From contig NC_135898.1 in the NCBI RefSeq assembly GCF_964194155.1, positions 48,050,001-48,114,000 on the forward strand: 64,000 nt of DNA. The letters run 5' to 3'. Shown one piece after another: positions 24,730 to 38,204 of this stretch. This DNA comes from Cetorhinus maximus (taxonomy: Eukaryota). The notes below the pieces were generated by a model. That model was not told where the DNA came from, did not search any database, and was given only the letters and a program-made list of their open reading frames with translations. The number at the start of each line of letters is the position of its first letter. Within the stretch, counting starts at the first letter, position 1. A program made the translations under genes and the position numbers.

Positions 24730-27265
24730 CTAACCAGCACTGATTTGTTAAAGGCACATCATGTTTAACTAATTTGCTTGAATTTTTTGATGAGGGAACA
24801 GGGAGGGTTGATGAGGGTAATGCTGTTGATGTGGTGTATACGGACTTCCAAAAGGCATTTAATAAGCTGCTGTGCAACAGACTTGTGAGTAAAGTTAGAG
24901 CTCATGGAATAAAAGGGACAGTAACAACGTGGATGCAAAATTGGCTCAATGACAGAAAACAATGTGGTGAATGGTTGTTTTACATGCTGGACGAAGGTTT
25001 ATAATGGATTCCCTAGTGATCAGTTAGGACTCTGCCCTTCCAAATATATATCAATGACCTAGACCTTGGTGTACAGGGCATAATTTCAAAGGCTGCACAT
25101 GATATGAATCTTAGATGTATTGTGAACCATGAGGAGGGTAGTGTAGACAGGTTGGTGGAATGGGTGGACAAGTGGCAGATGAAATTTAATGTAAAGAGGA
25201 TGAAGTGACTCATTTTGGTAGAAAGAATGCAGGGAGACAATATAAAATAAAGGATGTAATTCTGAAGGGGCTACAGGAGAAGAGGGACCTAGGTGTACAT
25301 GTGCATAAATCATTGAATGTGGCGGGACAGAATCAGAGGGCAGTTAAGAGAGCATTTAAAAAATATTCAGGAGATGTGAACATCGCTGGCTAGGCCAGCA
25401 TTTATTGCCCATCTCTAATTGCCCTTGGGCAGGTGATGGTGAGCTGCGTTCTTGAACACTGCAGTCCTTGTGTTGTAGGTACAGCCATAGCACTATTGGG
25501 GAGGGAGTTCCAGGAATTTGACCCAGTGACAGTGAAGGAACAGCGATAAAGTTCCAAGTCAGGATGGTTTGTGGCTTGGAGGCGAACTTCCAGGTGGTCA
25601 TGTTCCATGTATCTGCTGCCCTTGCCCTTCTAGGTGGTAGAGGCTGTGGGTTTGGAAGATGCTGTCGAAGGAGCCTTGGTGAGTTGCTGCAATGCATCTT
25701 GTCGATGGTACACACTGCTGCCACTGTGCGTCAATGGTGGAGGGAGTGAATGTTCATTGTGGGTGCCAATCAAGCGGGCTGCTTTGTCCAGGATTGTGTC
25801 GAGCTTCTTGAGTGTTGTAGGAGCTGCACTCATCCAGGCAAGTGGAGAGTATCACTCTCCTGATTTGTGCCTTGTAGATGGTGGACAGGCTTTGGGGCAT
25901 CAGGAGGTTAGTTACTCTCCATAGAATTCCCAGCCTCTAACCTGTTCTTGTGGCCACAATATTTATATGGTTAGTCCAGTTCAGTTTCTGATTAATGGTA
26001 ACCCCCAAGATGTTGAAAGTGGGGGGATTCAGTGATAGTAATGCCATTGAATGTGAAGGGGAGCTGGTTAGATTCTCTCCTGTTGCAGTTGGTTATTGCC
26101 TGACACTTGTGTGGTGCAAACGTTACTTGCCACTTATCAGTCCAAGCCTGAATGTTGTTGAGGTCTTGCTGCATATGGACACAGATTATTTCAGTATCTG
26201 AGGAGTCGTGAATGGTGCTGAACATTGTGCAATCATCTGCAAACATCCCCATTTCTGACCTTATGATGGAGAGAAGGTCATTGATGAAACAGCTGAAGAT
26301 GGTTGGGCCTAGGACACTGCCCTGAGGAACTCCTGCAGTGATGTCCTAGGACTGAGATGATTGGCGTTCGACGGCCACAACAATCTTACTTTGTGCTAGG
26401 TATGATTCCAACCAGTGGAGAGTTTTCCCCCTGATTCCCATTGACTTCAGATTTGCTAGGGCTACTTGATGCCACACTCGGTCAAATGCTGCCTTGATGT
26501 CAAGGGCAGTCACCCTCATCTCACCTCTTGAGTTCAGCTCTTTTGTCCATGTTTGGACCAAGGCTGCAATGAGGCCAGCAGCTGAGTAGCCCTAGCAGAA
26601 TCCAAACTGAGAGTCAGTGAACAGGCTATTGCTGAGCATTCGGCATCCTGGGCTTTATCAATAGAGACATAGAATACAAAAACAAGAAAGTTATGTTAAA
26701 CCTCCATAAAACACAAGTTTGGCTCAACTGGAATATTACATTCAGTTCTGGGACCACACTTCAAGAAGGATGTGAAGACATTAGAGAGGGTGCAGAAAAG
26801 ATTCACCAGAATGGTTCCAGAGATGAGGAACTTCAATTATGTAGAAAGAGTGGAGAAGTTGGGACTGTTTTCCTTGTAGAAGAGAAGGTTGAGAGGAGAT
26901 TGGATGGAAGTATTGAAAATGATGAGGGTTCTGGATGAAGTAGATAGGGAGAAACTGTTCCCATTGATGGAAGTATCGAGAACAAGAGGGCACAGATTTA
27001 AGTTGGGTGGCAAAAGAGGCAACAGTGACATGAGGAAAAACTAATTCACACAGCAAATGGTTAGGCTCTGGAATGCACTGTATGAGAGTGTGGTGGAGGT
27101 AAGGGTAATTGCGACTTTCCAAAGGGAGTTGGATCATTATCTGAAAAGGAAATATTTGCACAGCTGCAGAGAAAAGACGGGGGAATGGTGTGCCTTCAGA
27201 GGGCCAGCACAGACATGATGGCAATGGCTCCTGTGCTATAATCATTCTTGGATTCTAATCTCCTA
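24730..27265 (+). mobile_element. CR1 LINE fragment interrupted by a second LINE
   Basis: LEFFDE...VDVVYTDFQKAFNK (24774-25004), resuming after 26640 with the CR1 C-terminal region and an attct-type tail. Confidence 0.85.
25357..26633 (-). mobile_element. CR1/L2-group LINE 3' part, same family as 16045-18830, nested in the CR1
   Basis: ALDIKAAFDRVWH and GMFADDCT on the minus strand; flanked by gagcatt at 25350-25356 and 26634-26640. Confidence 0.85.
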
Positions 27266-28304
27266 TGATACATTGTTAGTGATAAACTGGACAATTATTA
27301 AGCATTTTCTGTGTGCTTCACCCTAATGCTGTGTACGGGAATGATTTTAATCACCATGATGTTGCAATGTTTGAATCCCACCAAACCTGTTCACTTTTCT
27401 AATCACTGCTGCACATTGAATACATAGCACATGTTATCAAAGGGCCCACATACCAACTTAATTCTTAAAGGAGTATTTTAACTTAAAACCAAAGGAATAA
27501 AATCACAAATGGCACTCATGCCAGAAAGTCCTTCGTGTTTGTCCCTGGTTATTTGCCTGTCCTTTTTGTTATTATTTTATGCAGTGTATTTGCCTGCATA
27601 TATGAACCACTCCAGTTGGCTTATGTTAAAAAAGATTATGCTGGTAAAAAGGAACAGAGTCTCTTTTGTTGTGTTGTGCAACACTTTAAGGGATAGCACC
27701 AAACTTCTCCTTTACCAGATCCACTTAACAAGCATGTATTAATAACAATGTCCAAGGACACCATGTCCAACCTGTAAGGCCACAGTCCTAGTGATATATT
27801 TCCTCACTGCTAGGGTAAGCCACTTAAATTGGCTGAATAATTTCCACAATCAGATTCATTTACAATGCTGAATGTGGACCTTACATTTGCAAATAAGACA
27901 AGTTCCTATATCCTGTTATTCATTGAACTGCTGACAGAATCCCTCTTTACATTACCATATGATAAACTAAAATTCTATGCATTTTCCTTGTTTCCCTTTA
28001 CCTAATTCCTGTGTCATTTTCTTTCTTCCTGCTATTTTACTTTTTAAGAACAAAATAAAAAATACTTTGGTAAAGTAATGATGAAACAGGGAGTAACAGA
28101 CAGACGCTTAGCAATGTTGGATTTTCATCTTTATGGACTCTCTGCCCTGCAGCAAGTGGGGATGGGCCTTTGTACATGTGTCGCAGTAAAGAGCACACAT
28201 CAGGGGACTTCTGGGAATCCTGCTCTCCTGCTACTAGAATCACTTGATCTGGCTTTACAGCTTCACACATGTGAACTGGAATCAGGCAAACAATGTGAAA
28301 CTAG

Positions 28305-28740
28305 TATCAGTAACTTGCATTTATATAACATCTTTTAACACAATGAAATGTCCCAAGGTGCTTCACATTATTAAAAAAAATTTGAAACACCTGAGGAAAT
28401 ATTAGGACAGATAACCAACAGCTAGTCAAGCAGGTTTTTAAGGAGTATTGTAAAGCAGGAGAGAACAGCGGAGAGGTTCAGCAAGAGAGTCCTAAGGCCC
28501 AGGCAGCTGAATGGTGGAGCAGTTAAAATTAGGGATGCTCAGGAGGCCTCAATTGGAGTAGCACAGTGATCTTGGAGGGTCGTAGGGCTGGAGGAGATTA
28601 CAGAGGTGGGAAGGGGGTGAGGCCGTGGAGGAACTTGAAAACAAGGAGGAGAAGTTTAACATTGAGGTATTGCCAGACCACGAGCTAATGCAGGTCAGCA
28701 AGTACAGGGGTGAAGGGTGAATGGGGACTTGGCTGTGAGA
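28305..28740 (-). mobile_element. L2-type LINE 3' fragment
   Basis: aacttgcatttatataacatctttt...tcccaaggtgcttcaca...tagggctggaggagattacagag pattern, similar to other copies in the window (about 22120-22300). Confidence 0.5.
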
Positions 28741-28836
28741 GTGTTGGAATAATCAACCATTTTTGTAAGTAAAGCAGCCTAAGTTACATTGTAATTCATT
28801 AGGGTAAAAAAATACTTTGCAACTTGTTTCTTTCAG

Positions 28837-29049
28837 ATGATGATCATTGGATTATTGACACGGATTACGATAACTATGCCATTACGTATACGTGTCGAAA
28901 GCTGAATGATAACGGAACTTGTGCAGACAGTTACTCATTTGTATTCTCGCGGAGTCCTAAAGGACTGACCTCTGAAGCACAGCGCATTGTCCGAAAATGG
29001 CAGGATCATCTCTGTCTGGCTTACAAATACAGGCGTGTTGCTCAAACAG
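28837..29049 (+). CDS. RBP4: RBP4 coding exon 4
   Basis: tttcag|[71 protein letters not shown]|gtaaat, containing the TDY lipocalin motif. 213 bp. Confidence 0.96.
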
Positions 29050-29496
29050 GTAAATGCAACAGAATTCTAGAGTCATCTTTGAAAGAGAAGTTGTGCCTTG
29101 TCCCACATCCCCGCGGTTTGTCTGAAACGCTGTAAGTTCCTCATTGTCAAATATCTGTTCAACTCCCTTTTAAAATTATTTTTGAAATTGGCCTCCACTG
29201 CCTACTCAGGAAGAACATTCCAGATCTCGACAATTCTCTGAGTGAAAACATTTCTCCTCATATCTTCTCTAGAATTTTTTCAGTGATTTTGAATCCTTGG
29301 CTCCTAGTTATTCTAGACTCTCCAGAGGGAATAACTAGTTTTCCTCTATTTACTTTACCAAAACCTCAACAGGTTACCTCTTAACCTCCACTGTTCCAAG
29401 GAGAATAGTCCTAACTTTTCCAATCTCTCCTCATCCCTGGTAACATCCTGGTAAACCTTCTCCAGATCCTTTCTAATCTTATATCTTTAGTATTGC

Positions 29497-31420
29497 TGAA
29501 AAAAGAGACATGCTATTGAAACTTTTTGTCTTGCACTCATCAGGACAAACGTATAAATTAGAAGCAGGAGTAGGCCACTTGGCCCATTGAGTCATTCAAT
29601 AAGATCATGGCTGATCTGACTGTAACCTCAGCCCCACATTCCTGTCTACCTCCAATAACCTTTCACCCTTTTGTCAATCAAGAATCTATATAGCTCTGCC
29701 TTAAAAATATTCAAAGACTCCGCTTCCACCATCTTTTGAGGAAGAGAGTTCCAAAGACTCTCAACTCCCTGAGAGACAAAAAAATTCTCCTCATCGCTGT
29801 CTTAAATGAGCGACCCCTTATTTTTAAACAGTGACCCCTAGTTCTAGATTCTCCCACACGAGGAAATATCCTCTCTGCATCCATCCTGTCAAGACCCCTC
29901 AGGATCTTAAAGATTTCAATCAAGTCGCCTCTTAATCTTCTAAATTCCAGTGGACACAAGCCTAACCTGTCCAATCTTTCCTCGTAAGACAACGTGCCCA
30001 TTCCTGGTATTAGTCGAGTAAGCTTTCTCCGAACTGCTTCTAATGTATTTACACCTTTCCTTATATGAGGAGACCAGTACTGTACACAATACTCCAGATG
30101 TGGCCTCACCAGTGCCCTGTACAACTGAAGCATAACATCCCTACTTTTGTAATCAATACCCCTCACAATAAATGATAACATTCTATTAGCTTTCCCAATT
30201 ACTTGCTGTACCTGCATACTAGCCTTTTGTGATTCATGCACTAGGACACCCAGATCCCTCTGAATCTCAGGGCTCTGGAATCTCTCACCATTTAGATAAT
30301 AAGCTTCTTTTTTATTCTTCCTGCCAAAATGAACAATTTCACATTTTCCCACATTACCCTCCATTTGCCAGATCTTTGCCCACTCACTTAACCTATCTAT
30401 GTCACTTTGTAGCCTCCTTATGTCCTCTTCACAATTTACCTTCCTTCCTATCTTTTCGTCGTCAGCAAATTTAGCCACCATTCCTTCTGTCCCTTCATCC
30501 AAGTCATTTATGTAAATTGTAAAAAGTTGAGGACCCAGCACTGATCCCTGTGGCACACCACTCATCACATCCTGCCAGCCAGAAAAAGACCTATTTATGC
30601 CAACTCTCTGCTTCCTGTCAGATAGCCAATGTTCTATCCATGCCAACATTTTACATCCTACACCATGAGCATTTATTTTTTGTAATAACCTTTGATGTGG
30701 CACTTTATCAAATGTCTTCTGGAAATCTAAGTACAGTACGTCCACCAGTTCCCCTTTATCCACAGCACATGTGACTCCTTCAAAGATCTCCAATACATTG
30801 GTTAAACATGATTACCCTTTCACAAAACCATATTGACTCTGCCTGATTGCCTTAAATTTTTCTAAGTGCCCTGTTAAGGCATCTTTAATAATAACTTCTA
30901 ACATTTTCCCTATGACAGACGTTAAGTTAATTGACCTGTAGTTTCCTGCTTTCTGTCTCCCTCCCTTTTTGAATAAAGGAGTTACATTTGCTATTTTCCA
31001 ATCTAATAATTTTGGAAAACTAAAACCAATGCATCAACTATCTCACAATTCAAAAGATACCAAATCTCAAAAGGAACAATTTATACTGCATGAGAAAAGG
31101 GTGCTGATTGGTTGGAAAATGGAGTCTGATTGGTAGAGGTGTTGCCATGGAGAATACTCAAGGGAACAGTTAACTGCCAAGCTGTGTTTAAATTCAAACC
31201 AGGCAGATCAACTCTGGTTGGTCAAGACATTTCCATGGGGAATGAACCAGGAAATGGCTGTCCCCAAGCTTTTGTTTAGTTGAAAAAGGCACAGTGTGTG
31301 GACATGTTCTTTCTGTTTGCAAAGGACAGAGCCCTGTATGTGAATATATGTAGCTTCTAGCATGCATAACTGAACCACATTGCAAGCCAACTGATAATCT
31401 TAAATTGGTTGTCACTGTTA
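29497..31420 (-). mobile_element. Penelope-type non-autonomous element (29497-29555 and 31050-31420) split by a CR1
   Basis: Minus-strand GTCCTGATGAGTGCAAGACAAAAAGTTTCA is a degenerate minimal hammerhead of the type found at PLE ends. Related sequence appears to resume after the CR1. Confidence 0.5.
29557..31047 (-). mobile_element. CR1 LINE, 5'-truncated, 360-aa RT ORF
   Basis: ORF 29711-30793: YLDFQKTFDKVPH, SGVPQGSVLGP, KFADD, LVRPHLEY. Confidence 0.95.
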
Positions 31421-31519
31421 TTCGAAGTGTCATGTTGGACACTATGTTTTGAGTTTTGCAAGCATGGGCTGGTTGGTTATGGTCAGTACTTTGCCTGTTA
31501 TGAACAGCCAAAGGGACAT

Positions 31520-33120
31520 GCTGTTCTTTCCTGAAGTGTCATGCCCAGAATTGTCCACAATACCCAAACTGAGGCATACCAGTGATTTATAAAGTTCTAG
31601 CATGACACTTTTGCTTTTATACTTTATTCTTCGATTTATAAATCCAAGTAATCCATATGCTTTTTAACCACCTTATCAACTCGCCTTACCACCTTGAAGG
31701 ATTTGTGTATATGGACACCAAAGTCTCTCTGCTCATCTACACTTTTCAGATTAACTCCATTCATAGTTTACTGTCTTTCCAGATTAGTTCTCCTAAAGCC
31801 CATCACTTCACACTTCTCCACATTGAACTCCATCTGTCATGCTTTTGCCTAATTCACCATTCTGTCTGACACCCTAAAGCCTACAACTGTTCTAATTATT
31901 TACTACTTTGCAAATTTCATATCAACTGCAAGTTTTATAATTTTGCTTCCTGTCTAGGTTGTTTTCAAAAGTTAAGAGTAATGGACCCAAAACTGACCCA
32001 TGGGGAATACCACTGCAGACCACTCCCCAGTCTAAAAATTATCCATCCACACCACTACTCTCTGCTACATGTCACTGAGCCAATTTTGTATCCATATTTT
32101 CCCCTTAATTCCATGGGCTTTTATCTTCTTAATAAGCCTCGCAAATAGGAATTTTTTGAATGTCTTCCAGAAGTCAATATACAATATCTTCTACAGTACC
32201 TCCAGCAACCTTTTCTGTTACCTCATGAAGGAATTCAATCAATTTATTCAGATACAATTTGCTTTTAACAAATCCATGTTGGCTCTCCAAGATTAACACA
32301 TGCCTTTCCAAATTAAATTTCATATAACCCTGATAATGCTTTCCAGTAACTATATCATCACTGATGTTGGGCTCACTAGCCTGTAATTTCCTGTCTTATC
32401 CCTCTCTCCTTTTCTTCAATAGTGATGTAACATTAGCAACATCCAGTTCTTTGGCACTACTGCTGTATCCAATGAGGGTTGAAAGATTGTGACCAATGCC
32501 TCTGCTATCCCTACCATTGCTTCTTTCAGCAACTGAGCTTGTGTTACATCCAGACCGAGTGGCTTACCAATGTTCAATAATTCTAATCCTTTTAGTATGC
32601 CTTCTCCCACTATTACTATCCAGTCTGTAATTTCCTTCTCCTCTTTTAAGTGTAATTTTCACATCATCCATTTTCTTTGTGCTCATTTAACACTTTTACC
32701 CAGGTCCTCTGGTTCTACATGAAGATTTTCCTTTGTGTCCTTCATAGGCCCAGCTTTTTCCTTAGCAAACTGCTTACACGTCTTATGCTTATAAAATGTT
32801 TTTGGGTTTAATTTAACGTTGCCTACTTAACCGTTCTTGTAACCTGTCTTTGCCTCCTGTGTTACCTTCTCAATTCACTTCTGTACTTTCCATAATCTTC
32901 CTGGTTATTAACTGAATCTTGCTCCACACACTTGTCATAAGCCTCACCTTACCATTTTATTTTAACTTCTATTTCCTTTGTCATTCAGGATGCAATAGCT
33001 TTGGATGCTCCAACGTTTCCCTTCAAAAAAAAAGTCTAGTTTGTACCTTAACTATCTCTTCCCTGAATGTTCTACATTGCTCCATTACTGCTTTACCCTG
33101 AAACCACCTTTTCTAATCTA
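31520..33120 (-). mobile_element. Old degenerate CR1, probably continuing at about 35830-36300 beyond the LTR cluster
   Basis: ORF 32416-32610 (KPLGLDVTQAQLLKEA...IAEALVTIFQPSLDTAVVPKNW) is a decayed CR1 RT N-terminus. Confidence 0.65.
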
Positions 33121-33469
33121 TGTTATCCCAGCTCAGGCTAACCCTGGTCAAGCCTGATTCCAGAGTGGAACCCAGCTTGATAGATCCTAACTTTTATTTG
33201 TTTGTTTAGATATGTGGAGAGTATCTACTGAACAGAATCACAGTAGGCAGCTGATAAACTTTTAACAAAAGAATAAAACATTTATTCAACAAAAAAAATG
33301 AACTATATTACAATACTCTTTCACCAACAACTATAGCTTTACAGATATATACAGATTTGTAAAGATAACACAAGTTACAAAAACTATCTTATACTCTAAT
33401 GTTCACAGTAAGTACACAGTCCATGTACCAATAGACACCCTGTGGTCAGACACACCACACTGAAACCAA

Positions 33470-34067
33470 GGACAGAATTTTCCCCCCATCGGGGGGGGAT
33501 GTTCAGGAGCAGGTGCGTGGAGGTGCACCTCTGATTGGGGGCGTGCCGCCATTTTACGTGGGCATGCCACTTAAGGCCTGCCCAGTGTGACGTCCACCAG
33601 GAAGCGCTATGCGCTCCCTGTGCGGGTGAGGGTGGGGATTCCCTGAGCCTCAGGGAGATTGGCTCCACATTAAAAAATATTAAAAATTAGAAAAAAAAAT
33701 TTCCCTGACACTGTCACATGAGTTGAGACATGTCCATCACTTTTAGTTACACTTTTATTAAATTTTTAAAAACTTACATGAAACCTCATCCCACCCGTGG
33801 ATGAGATTTCATGCTTTCTCTGAAGCCCGCCAGGGCTCCCGGCCTGCCCACCAACCTTAAGATTGGATGGGCAGGTCCATTAATTAATTAATTAATAGGC
33901 CATTGACAGGTCGGCGGGTGCACAGCTAATTCGGCTGACCCCCGCCGACCTGAAAATTGAAATGAGGCGGGGTGATGTCGGGAGTTCCGCCCGACATCAT
34001 CCCACATCATTTTATGCGTCGGCGAGCGGACCCCACCCGCCCGCTCGCAGATCGAGAAATCCTGGCC
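33470..34067. mobile_element. Harbinger-like MITE
   Basis: caa|ggacagaatttt ... gaaatcctggcc|caa gives imperfect TIRs with a 3-bp TSD. Confidence 0.65.
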
Positions 34068-34548
34068 CAAGTGACAGATGCCTCCTCAACCTGAAGCGAT
34101 GGCTCTCTCATCAACTCCCCCCAGATATTTGTCCCACTCTGAGCCAACCGGTCTCACTGACCTCCGTCTTTCACATGAGGGTTTCCAATCTCCACTTTCC
34201 AAGAACTCGCTTTGGAATCTTCTCCCAAACCAACATTTTCTCTCAGACGCCTTCTGCACGGTCTTACCTCCAGGGTTTCAAACTCTCCTTCTGATCTTCC
34301 TCTCCGCTGGGTCACCACATGCATTCAAGCTGTCTTCCACACACTCTCTCACTGACTCAACCATCCACAGTACCACTGCCCCACATGCTCATAGCAAAGA
34401 GTTACAGACCTTCAGTTGTCTCTCTGTACCTTCTTGCCACTTACAATCTGCTCTTGCTTTAAATCTGCTTTCTGCACCTTTTGTCTCTTTAAAACTGAAG
34501 TTTATAGCTTTTCTCTCTGCCCCTCATTCTTAGCTTCATTAACAGGAT

Positions 34549-35283
34549 TGTCATGAAGCTATTAATATATATAATATTTTGGAAAATATTTTTCTTTTAA
34601 AATAGAAGTTTAGTCTGTGGGTGTGTCTTAATTGGATTAAAGCCAGCCAGTCTGGGTGCTTTGATGGGTACTAATTTTGATATGCAAGAGAGATAGCATT
34701 CAAGAAATGGGGTGAAAACTTGACGCCTATCTAGCAGATACCAAGCAATATGTTTATATTACTAATAAAATTGGTACTATGAAAGGGGTTTCATTGTTAA
34801 AAGGTGAAGTTCAAAGAGGCTGGGGAGACAATGAGAATCTGAATTCAATCATTGGCGGTAGGTATAACTTCCTCAGTTTTCGGGTGTGCAGAGCGGAGGC
34901 AATGTAAGATCAAAAGGCAGCTGCAAGCCTCTAACTGGCTCCACAGTGAAAAGAACCTCATTTTGAATTTGTAAAGTGAAAATGCTTTGCCTGGTGTTTG
35001 GTTAAGTCTATGGGTTGCTGTTGCCTTAATGGAGATTAGTTTGGGAATTTGTTATAAGTTATGATAGTAATTTGTAGCCATTTGTATATACATTTTTAAC
35101 CTGTAAATTAATAAATTGTTTCAATTAGTTTAATGTAAAACCTCAAGAACTGATGGTCTGATTCCTGAATTTAGAGTCGCACCTCAAACATAACACTTAA
35201 AGTTATAGGTTATGACAGTTGTTTAAGGTTTCCCTTTGGGATTTTTAAATAACTCCGCTTTACCAACTGAATCGGTCATAACA
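34549..35283 (+). mobile_element. Solo LTR (735 bp)
   Basis: TGTCATGA...TCATAACA termini, 4-bp TSD ggat/ggac, internal AATAAA. Confidence 0.75.
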
Positions 35284-36309
35284 GGACCTTTTCCAGGTTC
35301 CTGTCCTTCCTTTGACTAGAAGGTCTGCTTGGGACTTTCCCCTGTTGCACTCCCCTGGATTTTGGGATCTATTCTTAAGCTTGGGGCTGGCTATCTGTCC
35401 CCTTTTCTCCAGTCTCTCTCTGGCAGCTACTTTCAACCAACTTTGGCTTGGGACTGGCTATCTGCCCCTTCTAGGTTGCTTCTGCCTGGCAGCTGTCTTC
35501 GAAACTGCTGAACTCCAACAGCTTCCAAACCAAAACTGCTGTCTCTAACTTTTCTGTGTGTGTGCCTGTGGGAGGAACCACCTCTCTGGAACCCTGTTGC
35601 AGCAACAGCACTTTTTTTTCTACTCTTGTTTGCTTAACTTAACTTACAGTAAGCCTCATTAGAAATGCAAGCACCTATTATAGTGAAACTAAAACTCCAT
35701 TTGACCTTTCTTAACACACAAATACAGAAATACAAATCAAACTTAAACTTTAAAGCTACAACTCATCCCTAACACCTACAAATACCAATTTAACTTACTT
35801 AAACTATCTCTGTTTCCTAATCGCTATCAAATAACTGAACCTTTCCCCAGTTGAGCAATTTTACCTCGGCTATTTTCTGGTCTTTTTCTGCAATTACTCT
35901 AAACAAATAATGTGGTCGCTATCTGCCACATGATCTCATTCTATGATGCACTCCACTGGTCTTTCTTTCCCAGAACCAGATGCAAAGTGGCTTCCTTCCT
36001 TTTTGGACTGGTGACACATTGATCAAGAAAGTTGCCCTGTGCACATCTTAAAAATTCTTCTCCTTCCCTACCTTAGCACTATGTTTTTTTTTCCCAGTCT
36101 TTTAGGGTAATTCAAGTCTCCTAACATTACCACACTCTTGATGTTGCATAGTATTGGAACTTGCTGATAAATTTGCTCATTTATCTCCTTCTCACTGTTT
36201 GAAGCTGTATAAAAAAACTCCCAAAAATATAACAGCTGCCTTTCTGTTCCTCAACTCAAGCCAAAGATTCAGTCCTAAAACCCATCTGGCAAATACTTTC
36301 GATTTAGAA

Positions 36310-38150
36310 CTATAACTGTAAGAGCTTGCAGAGGGATTAAGATGAATGGTTAATTGAGTAGGCAAACATTTGGTAGATGGAGTATAATGTGGGAAAATGT
36401 GAGGTTGGCCATTCTGGCAGGAAGAAAATAAAATTATTTAAATGGAGAGAGATTGCAGAATGTTCTGGTACAGAGGGACCTGGGTGTCCTTGTACATGAA
36501 TCACAAAAAGTTAGCATGTAGGCGCAGCAAGTAATTAGGAAAACAAATGGAAAGTTGGCTTTTATTGCAAGGGGATCGAGTATAAAAATAGGGAAGTCTT
36601 GCTGCAACTGTACAGGGCATTTTACGACCACATCCAGAGTTGTCTTTTATTCATTTACGGGATGTGGATGTTGCAGGCTAGGCCAACATTTATTGCCCAT
36701 CCCTAAGTGCCCTTGAGAAGGTGATGGTGAGCTGCCTTCTTGAACCGCTGCGGTCCACATGGGAACACCACCATTTGTACAGAGTGTTGGTGAGACCACA
36801 GCTAGTGTACTGTGTACAGTTTTGGTCTCCTTACTTAGGAAAGGATATAAATGCATTAGAAGCATTGAGAAGGTTCACGACTGATACCTCAGATGGTCGG
36901 GGGGGTGGGGCGGTTATCTTGCGAGGAAAGGTTGGATAGACTGGGCCTGTATTCGTTGGAGTTTAGAAGATTGAGAGATGATCTTATTGGAACATATAAG
37001 ATCCTGAAGGGACCTAACAGGGTGGATGCTGAAAGGATGTTTCCCTAATTTGTCTGCATATTTCTTCCTCCAACTCCCTTCCACTATTAGCTGCTCCTTA
37101 GACTGTACCAATTAGTGTGATTGATCCTTTATTATCTTTTAGCTCTAGCCATATGAATTCTATTTTTGTTTTAATGATAACTGTGTCCCTTTTTTTATTG
37201 CTGCTATTATGTTATCCCTGATAACTATAGGTACTCTACCTCCCCTCTTTCCCTCTATATCTTTTTGAAATGTTATACCAGCAGTGTTTAATTCCCAGTC
37301 CTGATGTTTTTGTCGCCAAGTCTCAGTGATCCCTACTATGTCTGATTCCACCCAATGCATGACTGCCTCCAGCTCCCCTGTTTTATTATGGACACTGTGC
37401 ACAGGCATTTTAACTCATTTTTATTAGGATTTCCTCCACCTTTATGTTTAACCATCTTTTCAGACTCCTGTTCTACAACTCTATTTATTACAATGCCACT
37501 AATCTGTGTGCTCCTATGGCAATTTGCACATGATTCATGCACTAATCCGAGGTTAATATGCTGGAGATCCTGCTTTTTAATTTATAGTCTAACTGCTGAT
37601 ACTCTTTCAGCAGGACTACCTCCATGGTGTTTGTTACAATATGAGCCATGTCAACTGGATTTACCTTTTCAAGTTCCTCTCCAGCCACCATGAGATAGCC
37701 CATACTCTGGCAGCGCAACACAACACAACTTTTGGGATTCTCATTCTTGGCTGCAGAGTTTGCTATCTAGCTCCCTAATTAAAGAGTCCCCTAAAACTAC
37801 CACCTTTCTGTTCTACTCTCTCCCTGCCCCTACCCCTGCTCCACTCATCCTGGACTGCCTTCTGAGCCAGGGTGCCATGGTTTGCATTCTGTTGTCCTCC
37901 CCGCAGCCTGTCTCCTGGTCCTCACAGGTAGCGAGTACATTGTACCTGTTGAACGGAACTAGCATATGCAGGACTTCATTCTCAACCTCCCCTAAATTCC
38001 TGCTACCCAGCTCCCTAACAGTCACATCCTCCCTTTCCTGAACCTGTTTTCCTCTGGGTGTGACTATATTCTGGATAAAACTTTCCAGGAATTTCTCCCC
38101 CTCCCAGGTGTGCCAGAGTCTGTAACTCGCACTCTAGCTCAATGACAATA
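36310..38150. mobile_element. CR1 fragments in both orientations with a small L2-type tail insert (36645-36770)
   Basis: Plus-strand LYRVLVRPQLVYCVQFWSP; minus-strand endonuclease motif DIVGITETW (37160-37408). Confidence 0.7.
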
Positions 38151-38204
38151 TATTACAGTGACATATCTTTACATTTCTTTCACAGATTTCCATGTTCAGC
38201 TCTT

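Larger units (their letters stand above)
33121..35820 (-). mobile_element. Probable solo LTR carrying nested insertions
   Basis: Begins tgttat, interrupts the old CR1, has minus-strand AATAAA signals, and ends ...gtttcctaa. Terminal CA and TSD not cleanly visible. Confidence 0.5.

Noticed and set aside
29050-29135. Read-through C-terminus of RBP4 ([10 protein letters not shown]...)
   Set aside because: A donor occurs at the conserved position and a fitting terminal exon with a poly(A) signal exists at 48002. Intron retention cannot be excluded but is unsupported.
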